Below are positions 45,635-54,209 of a stretch of 64,000 bases of DNA, piece by piece. Every line of letters begins with the position of its first letter. Within the stretch, counting starts at the first letter, position 1. Position numbers and translations under genes: made by a program. Below the pieces are notes generated by a model. It saw only the letters and a list, made by a program, of their open reading frames with translations, had not been told where the DNA came from and made no database searches. This DNA is from an uncultured Gammaproteobacteria bacterium. Lineage in GTDB: Bacteria > Patescibacteriota > Patescibacteriia > Patescibacteriales > UBA12465. Location: NCBI GenBank assembly GCA_964408775.1, contig CAYPAP010000001.1, forward strand, positions 225,839-289,838, in the 5' to 3' direction.

Positions 45635-45880
45635 ATGAGAATAATAGGAGGTTTAATTCTAATAGCTATTGGGACTCTGATAGTTATGAGGTCTGAAGAT
45701 TTATTTCGAAACTTTGGAAGAATAGCCTGGTTCGAAAAAAACCTAGGAACAGAAGGTGGTTCTAGGTTGGGCTATAAATTAATTGGCTTAATTGTGATAT
45801 TCTTTGGGCTACTTATAACTACCGGAACATTTGATGGTTTTATAAAGACCATCCTCTCTCCGCTGACCAGACGAGGCTAG
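45635..45880 (+). CDS. small hypothetical membrane protein
   Basis: 81 aa with two hydrophobic helices. Confidence 0.45.
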   Translation: MRIIGGLILIAIGTLIVMRSEDLFRNFGRIAWFEKNLGTEGGSRLGYKLIGLIVIFFGLLITTGTFDGFIKTILSPLTRRG

Positions 45881-45936
45881 ACTTCTTGACTTTAAAAAAA
45901 TATTGAACTAATATATCAAAACAATATTATTATGTG

Positions 45937-46013
45937 GGGCCCTTAGCTCAGTTGGCTAGAGCACCTGCTTTGCAAGCAGGGGGTCAAGGGTTCGAGTCCC
46001 TTAGGGTCCACCA
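45937..46013 (+). tRNA. tRNA-Ala (anticodon UGC), CCA encoded
   Basis: Hand-folded: acceptor GGGCCCT/AGGGTCC with G3-U70, D arm GCTC-AGTTGGCTA-GAGC, anticodon arm CCTGC-TTTGCAA-GCAGG, T arm AAGGG-TTCGAGT-CCCTT, then ACCA. Confidence 0.9.
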
Positions 46014-47520
46014 TAGATGACTTCTCACTTAGAGAAGTCATTTTTGTATCTAAAATTAGCGCGGTTCTTTGGGTTCGTAATTTATTTCCATCAAATAGAA
46101 TTCCTTCGGGAAATAGGAACCATTGCAAATCCTGTCTTTGTTTGATTTTTAACGTTTCAATTTCTTTAGATAAATTCTGCATAAAGTTAAGACTGCAATC
46201 TAAAACATCCTGAATATTCTCAGTTCCCTCATAATCTTGTATTTTTATCATTAAACCAGAAATCTCATTCTTTATTTTAGATAATTGCTCTCTTGCTAAA
46301 TCATCGTCAATAATATCTTTTAAATTTTTATTGATAATTAACTCCTGTCTTAATTTAAGCTCTGAAATTTTCTTTTCTGTCAGCCTTTTTAATTGTTTAT
46401 TGGACTGATTGCGATGTTCCCAATTTACAACCAGACTTTCTTTGAGTAATTCAATAAAATCTTTTTTAAATTCAAAGTCTTTAAGATAAACCTTAAACTT
46501 GTCTTCTAGTACATCCCTCTTTGTATTATAACCATTAAGCCCTCTAAAGCGGTAATATGGCAATCTTTGTCTACCATTACCTTTAGACCAACTACCGTCC
46601 AATTTGTGGCCCTTGTCGCTTCTTATAAGGCCCTTTAATGGAAAGTCTGGGTTATTTGTATTGTATCCTGCTTTAGTTTTACCATTTTTACATAAAACAA
46701 ACTGAACTTTATCAAAAAGCTCTTCACTAATGATTGGCTCAAAAGAGCCTTTTACCTCCCCCAAATCAAAACCATTTATATCTATAATTCCTTTGTATAC
46801 CTTATTTCTTATAATTCTATGAAAATACTGTTTACTTATTCTTTTATTCGAACCGAGCATTGCTCCTTCTGCAGTTATAATTTTACGAACTTCTTCTGGT
46901 AAATAAAGACCTGTAGCTAGTAATTCATAAATACGTTTTACGAAAGGAGATTTTTCTTTATCAATAATTATATTTTTTTCACCATTTAAAACACCATTCT
47001 TGTATCCGACTGGAGCTATAAAAACATATCTCCCCGCTCTAACACCATCAATCATCCCCCCTCTACATCTCTCAGCTCTAACATCATTATCAAGTTGAGC
47101 TACATTAGCTAACATATTTTCAACAAAACGGCCAACTGAATTGTTTTCAAACCTTTCCGATGTTGAAACTATTTTTATGCCCAAACTATTAAAAAATACC
47201 CTGAGCTGAGAATAGTCATCTGTATTTCTAGACAACCTGTCTATCTTGTAAATAATCAAAGTATCTATGCTTTTACGGTTAAGCGTACAGTATTTCATCA
47301 TTTTCTGTAATTCTGGTCTTAGAGCGGTTTTTGCGCTTTCACCTTCTTCAACAAAAATACTAGCTATCTCATAGTCATTTTTGTTAGCATAGTCTAGACA
47401 AACCCTTTCTTGGGTATTTAAGCTATTACCCTCATCGACCTGCTCCTTAGTGGAAACTCGGCAATAAATAACAGCTCTACTAGTCTTTTTTAATTCTTTT
47501 TTTATCATAAAATAGTGCAA
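45943..47520 (-). CDS. large serine recombinase (integrase)
   Basis: The resolvase catalytic domain shows AVIYCRVSTKEQ (Ser nucleophile) and IYKIDRLSRN. A recombinase domain and a C-terminal coiled coil follow. The last ~23 codons are the antisense of tRNA-Ala. Confidence 0.85.
   Translation of the reverse strand: MHYFMIKKELKKTSRAVIYCRVSTKEQVDEGNSLNTQERVCLDYANKNDYEIASIFVEEGESAKTALRPELQKMMKYCTLNRKSIDTLIIYKIDRLSRNTDDYSQLRVFFNSLGIKIVSTSERFENNSVGRFVENMLANVAQLDNDVRAERCRGGMIDGVRAGRYVFIAPVGYKNGVLNGEKNIIIDKEKSPFVKRIYELLATGLYLPEEVRKIITAEGAMLGSNKRISKQYFHRIIRNKVYKGIIDINGFDLGEVKGSFEPIISEELFDKVQFVLCKNGKTKAGYNTNNPDFPLKGLIRSDKGHKLDGSWSKGNGRQRLPYYRFRGLNGYNTKRDVLEDKFKVYLKDFEFKKDFIELLKESLVVNWEHRNQSNKQLKRLTEKKISELKLRQELIINKNLKDIIDDDLAREQLSKIKNEISGLMIKIQDYEGTENIQDVLDCSLNFMQNLSKEIETLKIKQRQDLQWFLFPEGILFDGNKLRTQRTALILDTKMTSLSEKSSMVDPKGLEPLTPCLQSRCSSQLS
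45994..46011 (+). repeat. attL core (3' end of tRNA-Ala)
   Basis: GAGTCCCTTAGGGTCCAC, identical to 54210-54227. Confidence 0.8.
46017..46045 (+). terminator. rho-independent terminator after tRNA-Ala (element-borne)
   Basis: ATGACTTCTC-ACTTA-GAGAAGTCAT (perfect 10-bp stem) followed by TTTT. It lies inside the 3' end of the recombinase ORF on the other strand. Confidence 0.6.
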
Positions 47521-48352
47521 ATTTTTTTTCTTTACTTGTGAATTTTATAATCCAATCATTAATGTCATCCGTATTTTTCTTTTTAAGAATATCGCAATCA
47601 ATCAAATAAGTAGTTAAAAGTAATATAAATAATATATTTCTAACAATCCAGAAACCTTCATTACCAAAAGAATATTTATTGAGAATATTGCCGTGCGAAT
47701 ATTCCGAAAAACTACCATAAATTAGATAAAATTTATCAGCAACATCAATTTCTTGATTAAAACCAACTGGTTTAAACTTATCTAAATAAGTACGATTTTC
47801 TATAATCTGTTTAACTTTTGGGAAAAGATACCCTCTCACTTTTTTCTGTGAAAAGGTATCGTAATCAGGAATAGAGTATCCCCTGTCATCAAGATAGGGT
47901 TTGTAGTTTAAATATTGTTTTTCAAATTCTTGTCGAGCTAGTCGCTTCTTAAGATAATAAAGTCTTTCATAAACACAATTAAGCATTTGCTCATCTAAAC
48001 TATGATTGGCTAAGTATAATAACTTTACATATATATCAAACAGCGTTCTGACGCTTGGAAGATAAAATTTCAAATCTTCTTTTTTTTCTGTCTTAACTTT
48101 CCTTAATAGAAAATCAGCTACTTGATAAAAAAAATCTAAACTGTTCTTTTTCGTAATTAACAACTCAGCCCACATTAATTCATTAGCCAAATCTTTTTCT
48201 TTAATATTATTCCCTATGAGGTCTATATCATCCATTTGTTTTTTTATTATTACCAAAGCTTCCGAAATTAATTCAAATTGTTCAGATAATACATCTCCTT
48301 CTTCTGGGTGAGAAATATTCTTCTTTAAGTTTTTTTTAAAATGATTAAACAT
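47480..48352 (-). CDS. hypothetical protein (island cargo)
   Basis: 290-aa ORF that overlaps the recombinase start by about 30-40 nt. No family recognised. Confidence 0.5.
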   Translation of the reverse strand: MFNHFKKNLKKNISHPEEGDVLSEQFELISEALVIIKKQMDDIDLIGNNIKEKDLANELMWAELLITKKNSLDFFYQVADFLLRKVKTEKKEDLKFYLPSVRTLFDIYVKLLYLANHSLDEQMLNCVYERLYYLKKRLARQEFEKQYLNYKPYLDDRGYSIPDYDTFSQKKVRGYLFPKVKQIIENRTYLDKFKPVGFNQEIDVADKFYLIYGSFSEYSHGNILNKYSFGNEGFWIVRNILFILLLTTYLIDCDILKKKNTDDINDWIIKFTSKEKKFALFYDKKRIKKD

Positions 48353-48494
48353 TTTTATTAGCTAAATAAATATCGATTAAAAAGTTAGACAGATAATTAA
48401 GCTCAGCCACTAAATTATCCTCTTCATTTTCGTCAATGTTTAACTTTTTAAATTTATTTTTTAATGACTTTTTTAGTATCTCATTATCCAACAT
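48345..48494 (-). CDS. candidate 49-aa ORF translationally coupled to the 290-aa gene
   Basis: ATG at 48494 gives MLDNEILKKSLKNKFKKLNIDENEEDNLVAELNYLSNFLIDIYLANKNV. Its stop overlaps the downstream ATG (AAATGTTTAA). Below the track cutoff. Confidence 0.25.
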   Translation of the reverse strand: MLDNEILKKSLKNKFKKLNIDENEEDNLVAELNYLSNFLIDIYLANKNV

Positions 48495-48604
48495 ATAGAC
48501 CAAAGATAAAATTATCTTTTAGCCCAAGTACTCCTTGATACCAAAAAAATTGTTATTAAGTAAAACTAATTATCTGCAATTTTTTCTCGCTCAATAATAA
48601 GTTT

Positions 48605-49429
48605 TTAAATTTTAAAAATTTCCTCAACTTTTATGTTAACAATATTTCCGTCTCTCTTAACTATATTAATATCAGCAAACTTTTTTTCTTTTATCATTTT
48701 CAATAATTCTTTTTCGTCAACAGCTTTTATTTTCTCCCCCTTAACCAAATACTCCTCATCTTTATTATTTTTAATAGTAATTGATTTATAACCTTTATCA
48801 CGAATAAAATTTAGAATGCTCTCCTCTTTTTTAGTCGCATCAGCCCTTTTTGTCATAAAATATAATTCATCCTTATAATCAATACCTTTTCTTCCTATTT
48901 TATCTAAAATTTCAAATACAATTTCATTTAAATTAATATTAATGTGAGATTTAACCCTTTGATGGAAAATAACATAGTTTGGAAGATTGTAAAAAAAGAA
49001 ACCACATTTATTCTTAAGCACTAAAACTATTTTTTTACCTCTCAGGGCCGATAATAAATTTTCCTCTGTACGTTGAGTTCGTCCTTCCGAAAAGAAAATT
49101 GTATTTAAATCCTTTAGCTGTTTATTAGCAACCCCATAAAACCTTAACTCTTTTATTAACGATAAATAAACAAGTTCTTTTATACTAAATTTTCTCCAAT
49201 TATTTTTTTCTTTTCTATTTTCTTCTAACAAGCCGTCGGCATCAAGAAAATTAATTTGCCTATACGTTAAAAATGTATCTGCAACTCTAAACATCCTTTT
49301 ATTTAATAAAGCCCTTGCCTGTTTAACTTTTAGCGTACCCCTCTGGGACATAAAATTATCATCCAACTCTTGAACCCAGGGCAATATTTCTTTTTTAGTG
49401 ATATTTTTAGTCATAAAAAAATTATACAC
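48605..49429 (-). CDS. hypothetical protein with an N-terminal MerR-like HTH (tentative)
   Basis: FRVADTFLTYRQINFLDADGLL....WRKFSIKELVYLSLIKELRFYGV follows the MerR-type HTH and wing pattern. The C-terminal ~150 aa are unknown. Confidence 0.45.
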   Translation of the reverse strand: MYNFFMTKNITKKEILPWVQELDDNFMSQRGTLKVKQARALLNKRMFRVADTFLTYRQINFLDADGLLEENRKEKNNWRKFSIKELVYLSLIKELRFYGVANKQLKDLNTIFFSEGRTQRTEENLLSALRGKKIVLVLKNKCGFFFYNLPNYVIFHQRVKSHININLNEIVFEILDKIGRKGIDYKDELYFMTKRADATKKEESILNFIRDKGYKSITIKNNKDEEYLVKGEKIKAVDEKELLKMIKEKKFADINIVKRDGNIVNIKVEEIFKI

Positions 49430-49525
49430 ATATGTATAATTTAATTATAACATTAACCCAATAAAAGTCAAGTGACGAAATAGTATAAATTGAGTAAATT
49501 TAGCTAATTATTAATAAATAATAAT

Positions 49526-50626
49526 TTATAAATCATACTCTTTTATTAAATCATTTAGTTTAGTTTTATGTATCGTTTTTAATTCAGCATCTTTTTCAAC
49601 TAGCTCTATATATTCATTGAAGAATTCCTTAGGATTTGAGATTAAACGAAGATAATACTTTAATGTATATAGCAATCCATTAACAATTAACTGACATCCG
49701 TGATTTTCTTTAATTTCAAAAATTAACTCATCAATCGCCTCTCGGTCGCTTTCCTGCGTTCCAATATGTGAAAGAATATAATATCTCTCTGGATTGAACC
49801 TGGCAATTTTCTCATAAGCAATTCTAGCTATATTTATATCAATCATCTTATCCAGCTTTACCTCAACTGCTTCAAATATTCTATCGCCTTTAATTATTTC
49901 AATATCACCAGAGCTTTTTGAGGTTCTGTCTGATGCAGTATGGCTACCGAGAGGGGCAAGGGTACAATCTTTATATCTTCCAACTTCTTTAATTAGGGCC
50001 TTATAAATAGCATAAAAAGCTAAAACCGGAAGCTTTGACCCACCGTGAGTGCCATATTTATGCGTAAAATGTTGTTCTAAAATTACAGTTACCACTGAGA
50101 TTAAAACTTCATCACCGTTATCCATTTTTTTGATTTCAACGTGATTTTTCTTTTTAAATAAAATGGCACTATTTAATACCAATCTTAAAAGATTTTCTGT
50201 TAATACATTATTATTTTGAATTGCATCTACAATTCTTAAAAATGCCTCTTTCATTCCTGCGCCAGAAATCTCACCCTTATAGTCCATTGTATACGGGTAA
50301 GGCTGTTCTAAGCTTCTAGTAAGCCATCCACTTTCCGCCATAGACAACAGCCCTAATTCTTTTAGTGTTGGCGTAATGTACTTAGTGTCAACAGTTCTTG
50401 CAGAAAAACCATTTTTCATTTTACCTTGAAAGTATCGGATATCCTGTTTTGGTTCTAAGAGTTTATGTACCATCAGTGTTACAAGAACGGTATAAACGCC
50501 TTTATTTCTGTCCATATTGTCTATAATTTTTTGCAAAAAAATCATAGTTTTTTTTGGTATATTATCTATATCAGATATATCGAATGATTTTTTGTAGACT
50601 TCTAATAGCGTCTCTTTGTGGTTCAT
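49526..50626 (-). CDS. candidate type II restriction endonuclease (PD-(D/E)xK)
   Basis: It lies 4 nt downstream of the C5-MTase gene. SGDIEIIKGDRIFEAVEVKLD fits a D...E-x-K nuclease core. No named family recognised. Confidence 0.55.
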   Translation of the reverse strand: MNHKETLLEVYKKSFDISDIDNIPKKTMIFLQKIIDNMDRNKGVYTVLVTLMVHKLLEPKQDIRYFQGKMKNGFSARTVDTKYITPTLKELGLLSMAESGWLTRSLEQPYPYTMDYKGEISGAGMKEAFLRIVDAIQNNNVLTENLLRLVLNSAILFKKKNHVEIKKMDNGDEVLISVVTVILEQHFTHKYGTHGGSKLPVLAFYAIYKALIKEVGRYKDCTLAPLGSHTASDRTSKSSGDIEIIKGDRIFEAVEVKLDKMIDINIARIAYEKIARFNPERYYILSHIGTQESDREAIDELIFEIKENHGCQLIVNGLLYTLKYYLRLISNPKEFFNEYIELVEKDAELKTIHKTKLNDLIKEYDL

Positions 50627-50630
50627 ATAA

Positions 50631-51638
50631 TTATAATAGTTGTGAGATTATTTGCTCTCCAACTTTTTTTATCATTGGAATTGCTACAGCATTGCCAATT
50701 TGGTTATAACAAGAGCCATTTTTACTTATTTTTTTAAAATTATCTGGAAAACCTTGTAATCTGTAGCATTCTGTCAATGTTAATTTTCTAACTTTTTTAC
50801 CGTCATAAATCCAAAATCTGCCAGATGTTTCTTGTGACGGTATTGTCGGATGCGTTCCATTAATATAATATATTCTGTTTGGTTGCTTGTGAACCCTTGA
50901 TAAATGCTCAGTATTGGGTCTAGCTCCATTAATTCTTATAGATTTATTTCTATAACCACAAAAAATTAAGCCAGAAATTTGTTTTTTCCATTTATCTTTA
51001 GGAATTATTGTATATTCGCTTGGTTTTAAATATTCAAAATCAACCCCTGTCTGCATAATGTCTTTAATAGTCTTATTCTCAATTTTTTCTATTTTTGAAA
51101 AATCAAACTTTTTTTTCTTATTTCCTACAATAATAACCCTTTCTCTGTTCTGTGATAAACCAAAATCTTTTGCATTTAATATATGCCACTCTGTTTTATA
51201 TCCTAATTCCTCAAGATGACGTATGATAGTTTTTAAAGTTTTACCGCTGTTATGGTCTTTAAGATGTTTTACATTTTCAAGGAATACAACGCTTGGGCTT
51301 TTTGCTTTTATTATTTCAAGTATATTAAAAAATAAAGTTCCCCTTGTATCTTCAAACCCTTTCATTCTTCCTGATATGCTAAATGGCTGACAAGGAAAAC
51401 CTCCACACAATATATCGTGTTTTGGTATACTACTTGGCTTAATTTTAGTTATATCTCCTTTTGGATACTCCCCGAAGTTTGCTTCATAAGTTTTCGCACA
51501 CTCTACGTCGATTTCAGATGAAAATACACATTTACCGTTAAGCTCTTGGAGTGCAATATGAAATCCCCCTATGCCAGCGAAGAGGTCTATAAAAGTAAAT
51601 TTTTTATTTTTATCATTTTTCTTTTTTATCGGTGTCAT
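50631..51638 (-). CDS. DNA (cytosine-5)-methyltransferase
   Basis: Motifs I FIDLFAGIGGF, IV GGFPCQPFS, VI FLENVKHL, VIII QNRERV and X GNAVAIPM, in canonical order. Confidence 0.9.
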   Translation of the reverse strand: MTPIKKKNDKNKKFTFIDLFAGIGGFHIALQELNGKCVFSSEIDVECAKTYEANFGEYPKGDITKIKPSSIPKHDILCGGFPCQPFSISGRMKGFEDTRGTLFFNILEIIKAKSPSVVFLENVKHLKDHNSGKTLKTIIRHLEELGYKTEWHILNAKDFGLSQNRERVIIVGNKKKKFDFSKIEKIENKTIKDIMQTGVDFEYLKPSEYTIIPKDKWKKQISGLIFCGYRNKSIRINGARPNTEHLSRVHKQPNRIYYINGTHPTIPSQETSGRFWIYDGKKVRKLTLTECYRLQGFPDNFKKISKNGSCYNQIGNAVAIPMIKKVGEQIISQLL

Positions 51639-51641
51639 ATT

Positions 51642-51824
51642 TCATTTTGTACTTATCTTTTTTAGAAAGGATAAAAAATCGGAATTATCAATTCGAAACT
51701 CTTTACCAAATTTATAAGCCTTTAATTTTCCAGATTTAATATATCTATAAATGGTCATTATGTTAAAGTCGAGCATTATAGCTAGTTCCTGGGCGGTATA
51801 AAACTGTTTTTTATTTCCACTCAT
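51642..51824 (-). CDS. excisionase-type (MerR-superfamily) HTH DNA-binding protein
   Basis: YTAQELAIMLDFNIMTIYRYIKSGKLKAYKFGKEFRI matches the 'excisionase family DNA-binding domain' pattern. It could be an RDF or an R-M controller. Confidence 0.7.
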   Translation of the reverse strand: MSGNKKQFYTAQELAIMLDFNIMTIYRYIKSGKLKAYKFGKEFRIDNSDFLSFLKKISTK

Positions 51825-51826
51825 AT

Positions 51827-52021
51827 TTATTTTTTGATTATCTTAAAGTTTTTTTGTAGATATAATAAATCTTTTATTATTCTTTTAAAACATCCATTAT
51901 TAAGCTCTCTGGGCTTTCCATCAAAATATTCAGGTTTTTCATTTATTAAAGTCAAAATTGTAGCTAATGTTCCAAAATAATCATTTGATTTAATATGAAA
52001 GTCTGTAGATTTCTTAGACAT
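51827..52021 (-). CDS. hypothetical 64-aa protein
   Basis: Packed with 2-nt gaps between the HNH and HTH genes. No family recognised. Confidence 0.35.
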   Translation of the reverse strand: MSKKSTDFHIKSNDYFGTLATILTLINEKPEYFDGKPRELNNGCFKRIIKDLLYLQKNFKIIKK

Positions 52022-52023
52022 AA

Positions 52024-52941
52024 TTATTTCTTATTCATTCTTTTTTGGAACTCTTCTGTTGTTCCAAAATGAATGACCTTATGACAATTTGCACACACGC
52101 AAATCATATCATTAGGATTATCAATCTTGGTTTTAGAAAGTTCACTTTTATGATGAGCCTCTGCGTAAGGTAATCCATTTTTCTGTATAAAAGGATTTTC
52201 TCCACAAATCTCACATACATATTTTACTTTCTCTTTAACCAAACGAGCAAATTTAGGATTTCTCACCAACATTCTTGCCGTTTTTATTTTTTCTTTTACA
52301 GGAACATCTTTTATTTCTTGTGAGATACGAGCTATCTCTGCGGTCGCCTCTTCTACATTATTCGGCTCTTTAATTTTTTTATAAAAAGAAACTTCTTCTT
52401 CTTCAGTTGGCTCTATACTATCTTCATTAAAGTTGGAACCCTCGTTTTCTTCAATATACTTTTTCATAGCATTGGCGTTTTCACCTACAAGAAGTAAGGC
52501 TCCTTGCACTATGTAGTTTGAAGCGTAATTTGTTAAATCATTTTTTATTAATATCTCAGGAGTAAATTTTAATTGAACAGATTTGCCATCTTTTATAAAA
52601 AACATATACTCCCAAGTCCTTTCCTTATCATCAGTCCCCCAAAGGCTATTAGCAATATCTTTATTATGTATTTTTGTATAAACAGTTGCTAAATAGAAAA
52701 ATCCTTTGTTTGCATAAAATAAAACAAGGTCACCCTCTTTAAGTTTTTCCCATTCTTTTACTTTTGTGTTTGGAACAAAGCCCCAGGCTTTAACAATGCT
52801 TGTTTTAAGTTCTTTAAGTTTATTAAACTCTTTTTCATCAATCTTTCCATCCAAATAACTTAATGGCAAGCCATTTACTACGGTATCCTCGAAGTGTTCC
52901 ATCGGTCTCTTACCCGAGCAAGATTGTAATAATATATTCAT
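52024..52941 (-). CDS. HNH endonuclease with an uncharacterised N-terminal (possibly PUA-like/EVE-like) domain
   Basis: The C-terminus CEICGENPF...YAEAHHKSELSK...CVCANCHKVIHFG is an HNH/McrA-like zinc-finger nuclease. The N-terminal ~150 aa (KAWGFVPNTKVKEWEKLKEGDLVLFYANKGFFYLATV) is a beta-rich candidate reader domain; this is an inference. Confidence 0.75.
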   Translation of the reverse strand: MNILLQSCSGKRPMEHFEDTVVNGLPLSYLDGKIDEKEFNKLKELKTSIVKAWGFVPNTKVKEWEKLKEGDLVLFYANKGFFYLATVYTKIHNKDIANSLWGTDDKERTWEYMFFIKDGKSVQLKFTPEILIKNDLTNYASNYIVQGALLLVGENANAMKKYIEENEGSNFNEDSIEPTEEEEVSFYKKIKEPNNVEEATAEIARISQEIKDVPVKEKIKTARMLVRNPKFARLVKEKVKYVCEICGENPFIQKNGLPYAEAHHKSELSKTKIDNPNDMICVCANCHKVIHFGTTEEFQKRMNKK

Positions 52942-53291
52942 AGTTTATTATATTTTATAGCGTTACCCTTTGACTTTTCTACTGGATATTTTTTCTTCAC
53001 CTTGTCTAATTTGTCAAAAATTATTTTTTGAACATCTAAATCTAGCGTATTTGTCATTTGGATGCAATAAGTTAAAACATCAGCTAATTCATCTGATATT
53101 TTTTGTCTAAACTCTTCGTCATTTTTGATTTCTTCTTCTATCTGCTGTTTGTTTTTCCATAAAAACAACTCCAAAAGTTCACTCGCCTCTATCGATATTG
53201 CTTCGGCTAAATTTTTTGGGTCGTGAAACTTAGACCAATCTCTTTCTTCCCTAAATTTCAATAATTCCTTTTTAATATATTCTAGGCTCAT
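52938..53291 (-). CDS. MazG-like / DCTPP1-like nucleoside-triphosphate pyrophosphohydrolase
   Basis: FREERDWSKFHDPKNLAEAISIEASELLELFLWK....ELADVLTYCIQ....LD......K..KKYP matches the all-alpha NTP-PPase (MazG-like) pattern. Its stop overlaps the HNH start by 4 nt. Confidence 0.8.
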   Translation of the reverse strand: MSLEYIKKELLKFREERDWSKFHDPKNLAEAISIEASELLELFLWKNKQQIEEEIKNDEEFRQKISDELADVLTYCIQMTNTLDLDVQKIIFDKLDKVKKKYPVEKSKGNAIKYNKL

Positions 53292-53344
53292 ATTTAAAAA
53301 TATTTAATCTAAATTTTTATTTTATTAATCATTTATTTACTAAT

Positions 53345-53373
53345 ATTATACTTTACTTTTCTTTACAAGTAAA
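53345..53373 (-). promoter_or_regulatory. candidate promoter of the MazG-to-REase operon, overlapped by an 8-bp inverted repeat
   Basis: The minus strand reads TTTACT-N17-TATAAT. The inverted repeat CTTTACTT (53351-58) / AAGTAAAG (53367-74) spans the spacer and the -35 element. Confidence 0.3.
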
Positions 53374-53393
53374 GCATATTTTAAAAAGCATTT

Positions 53394-53894
53394 TTACGAA
53401 ACGAACCCATTTTTAGATTGAATAGTCATCAACATATTAAAGGCTTTATATATACTTTTTTCAATAGAGACTTCATACCTTAACAACTTATCTATCTGAT
53501 TACTATCAATGATGTTTATATTATTTTGATGCTTTACCATTTCTTCAGGATTATCATACCCCAAACCCCTATTATCAAAATGGTTTGGCTCTTTTTTTAA
53601 GCTTATTAAGCTTTTTTCTATATTTATGATGCGTTTTAATCTCCAGTAGTTTGAAACAATTCTATCGACTAATAGTTTTTCTAGAAATCCTTGCGGAGAT
53701 AAAGCTTCATAAATTTCATCCTGTAAATTTTCAAAACACTCCTTATCCTCATCATCAAGTATAATATTCTTGGATAAAATTCCGTGTTTTATTGCGTTCA
53801 TCTTGCTAACCTCCTTACCCTCTTCTGTTTTTACTCCTCCTAATTGAGCATTTTTACGATTAGCTTCTAGTTGTTGCTGAGTTATGTTTTCCAT
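53394..53894 (-). CDS. hypothetical protein (island cargo)
   Basis: 166 aa. N-terminal ANRKNAQLGGVKTEEGKEVSKMNAIKHGILSK is a widespread uncharacterised motif (from memory). Confidence 0.5.
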   Translation of the reverse strand: MENITQQQLEANRKNAQLGGVKTEEGKEVSKMNAIKHGILSKNIILDDEDKECFENLQDEIYEALSPQGFLEKLLVDRIVSNYWRLKRIINIEKSLISLKKEPNHFDNRGLGYDNPEEMVKHQNNINIIDSNQIDKLLRYEVSIEKSIYKAFNMLMTIQSKNGFVS

Positions 53895-54027
53895 ATATTT
53901 ATGGTTGTAATAAAGTAAAGTATTAATTTAAAGTTAATATAAGCATTAGAAATTTTAAGTACTATTTGCATTAGTAATAATATATAGCTGTTTTAATTCG
54001 TTAATAAACTGGTTCCAAATTGGTAAA

Positions 54028-54045
54028 CTTAGGTCCACAAAAAAG
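54028..54045 (+). repeat. degenerate att-like repeat (tRNA-Ala 3' fragment + AAAAAAG)
   Basis: CTTAGGTCCACAAAAAAG compared with CTTAGGGTCCACAAAAAAG at 54216-54234 (one G missing). It is followed by a hairpin, AAAAAAGCTGC-GTTA-GCAGTTTTTTTT. Confidence 0.6.
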
Positions 54046-54209
54046 CTGCGTTAGCAGTTTTTTTTTGGAGCCTAAGCAAGCCAACTGCTTGGCTTGCGTA
54101 GGGACGAGAAAGCCGGAGTCATGTGCACGAAGTGCACGGGCGAGGCCGGGTCGGGGCGCTTAGCGAGTGATTGAGCGTAGCGAAAGAACGAGGCTTAGCG
54201 ACCGTGACA
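54046..54209. other. GC-rich hairpin-dense segment between the two right-hand att-like repeats (candidate ncRNA or element relic)
   Basis: Contains GCAAGCCAA-CTGC-TTGGCTTGC (54076-54097), GTGCAC-GAA-GTGCAC (54123-54137), and three spaced copies of GC(T/G)TAGCGA (starting at 54158, 54175 and 54193). No ORF is present. Confidence 0.4.
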
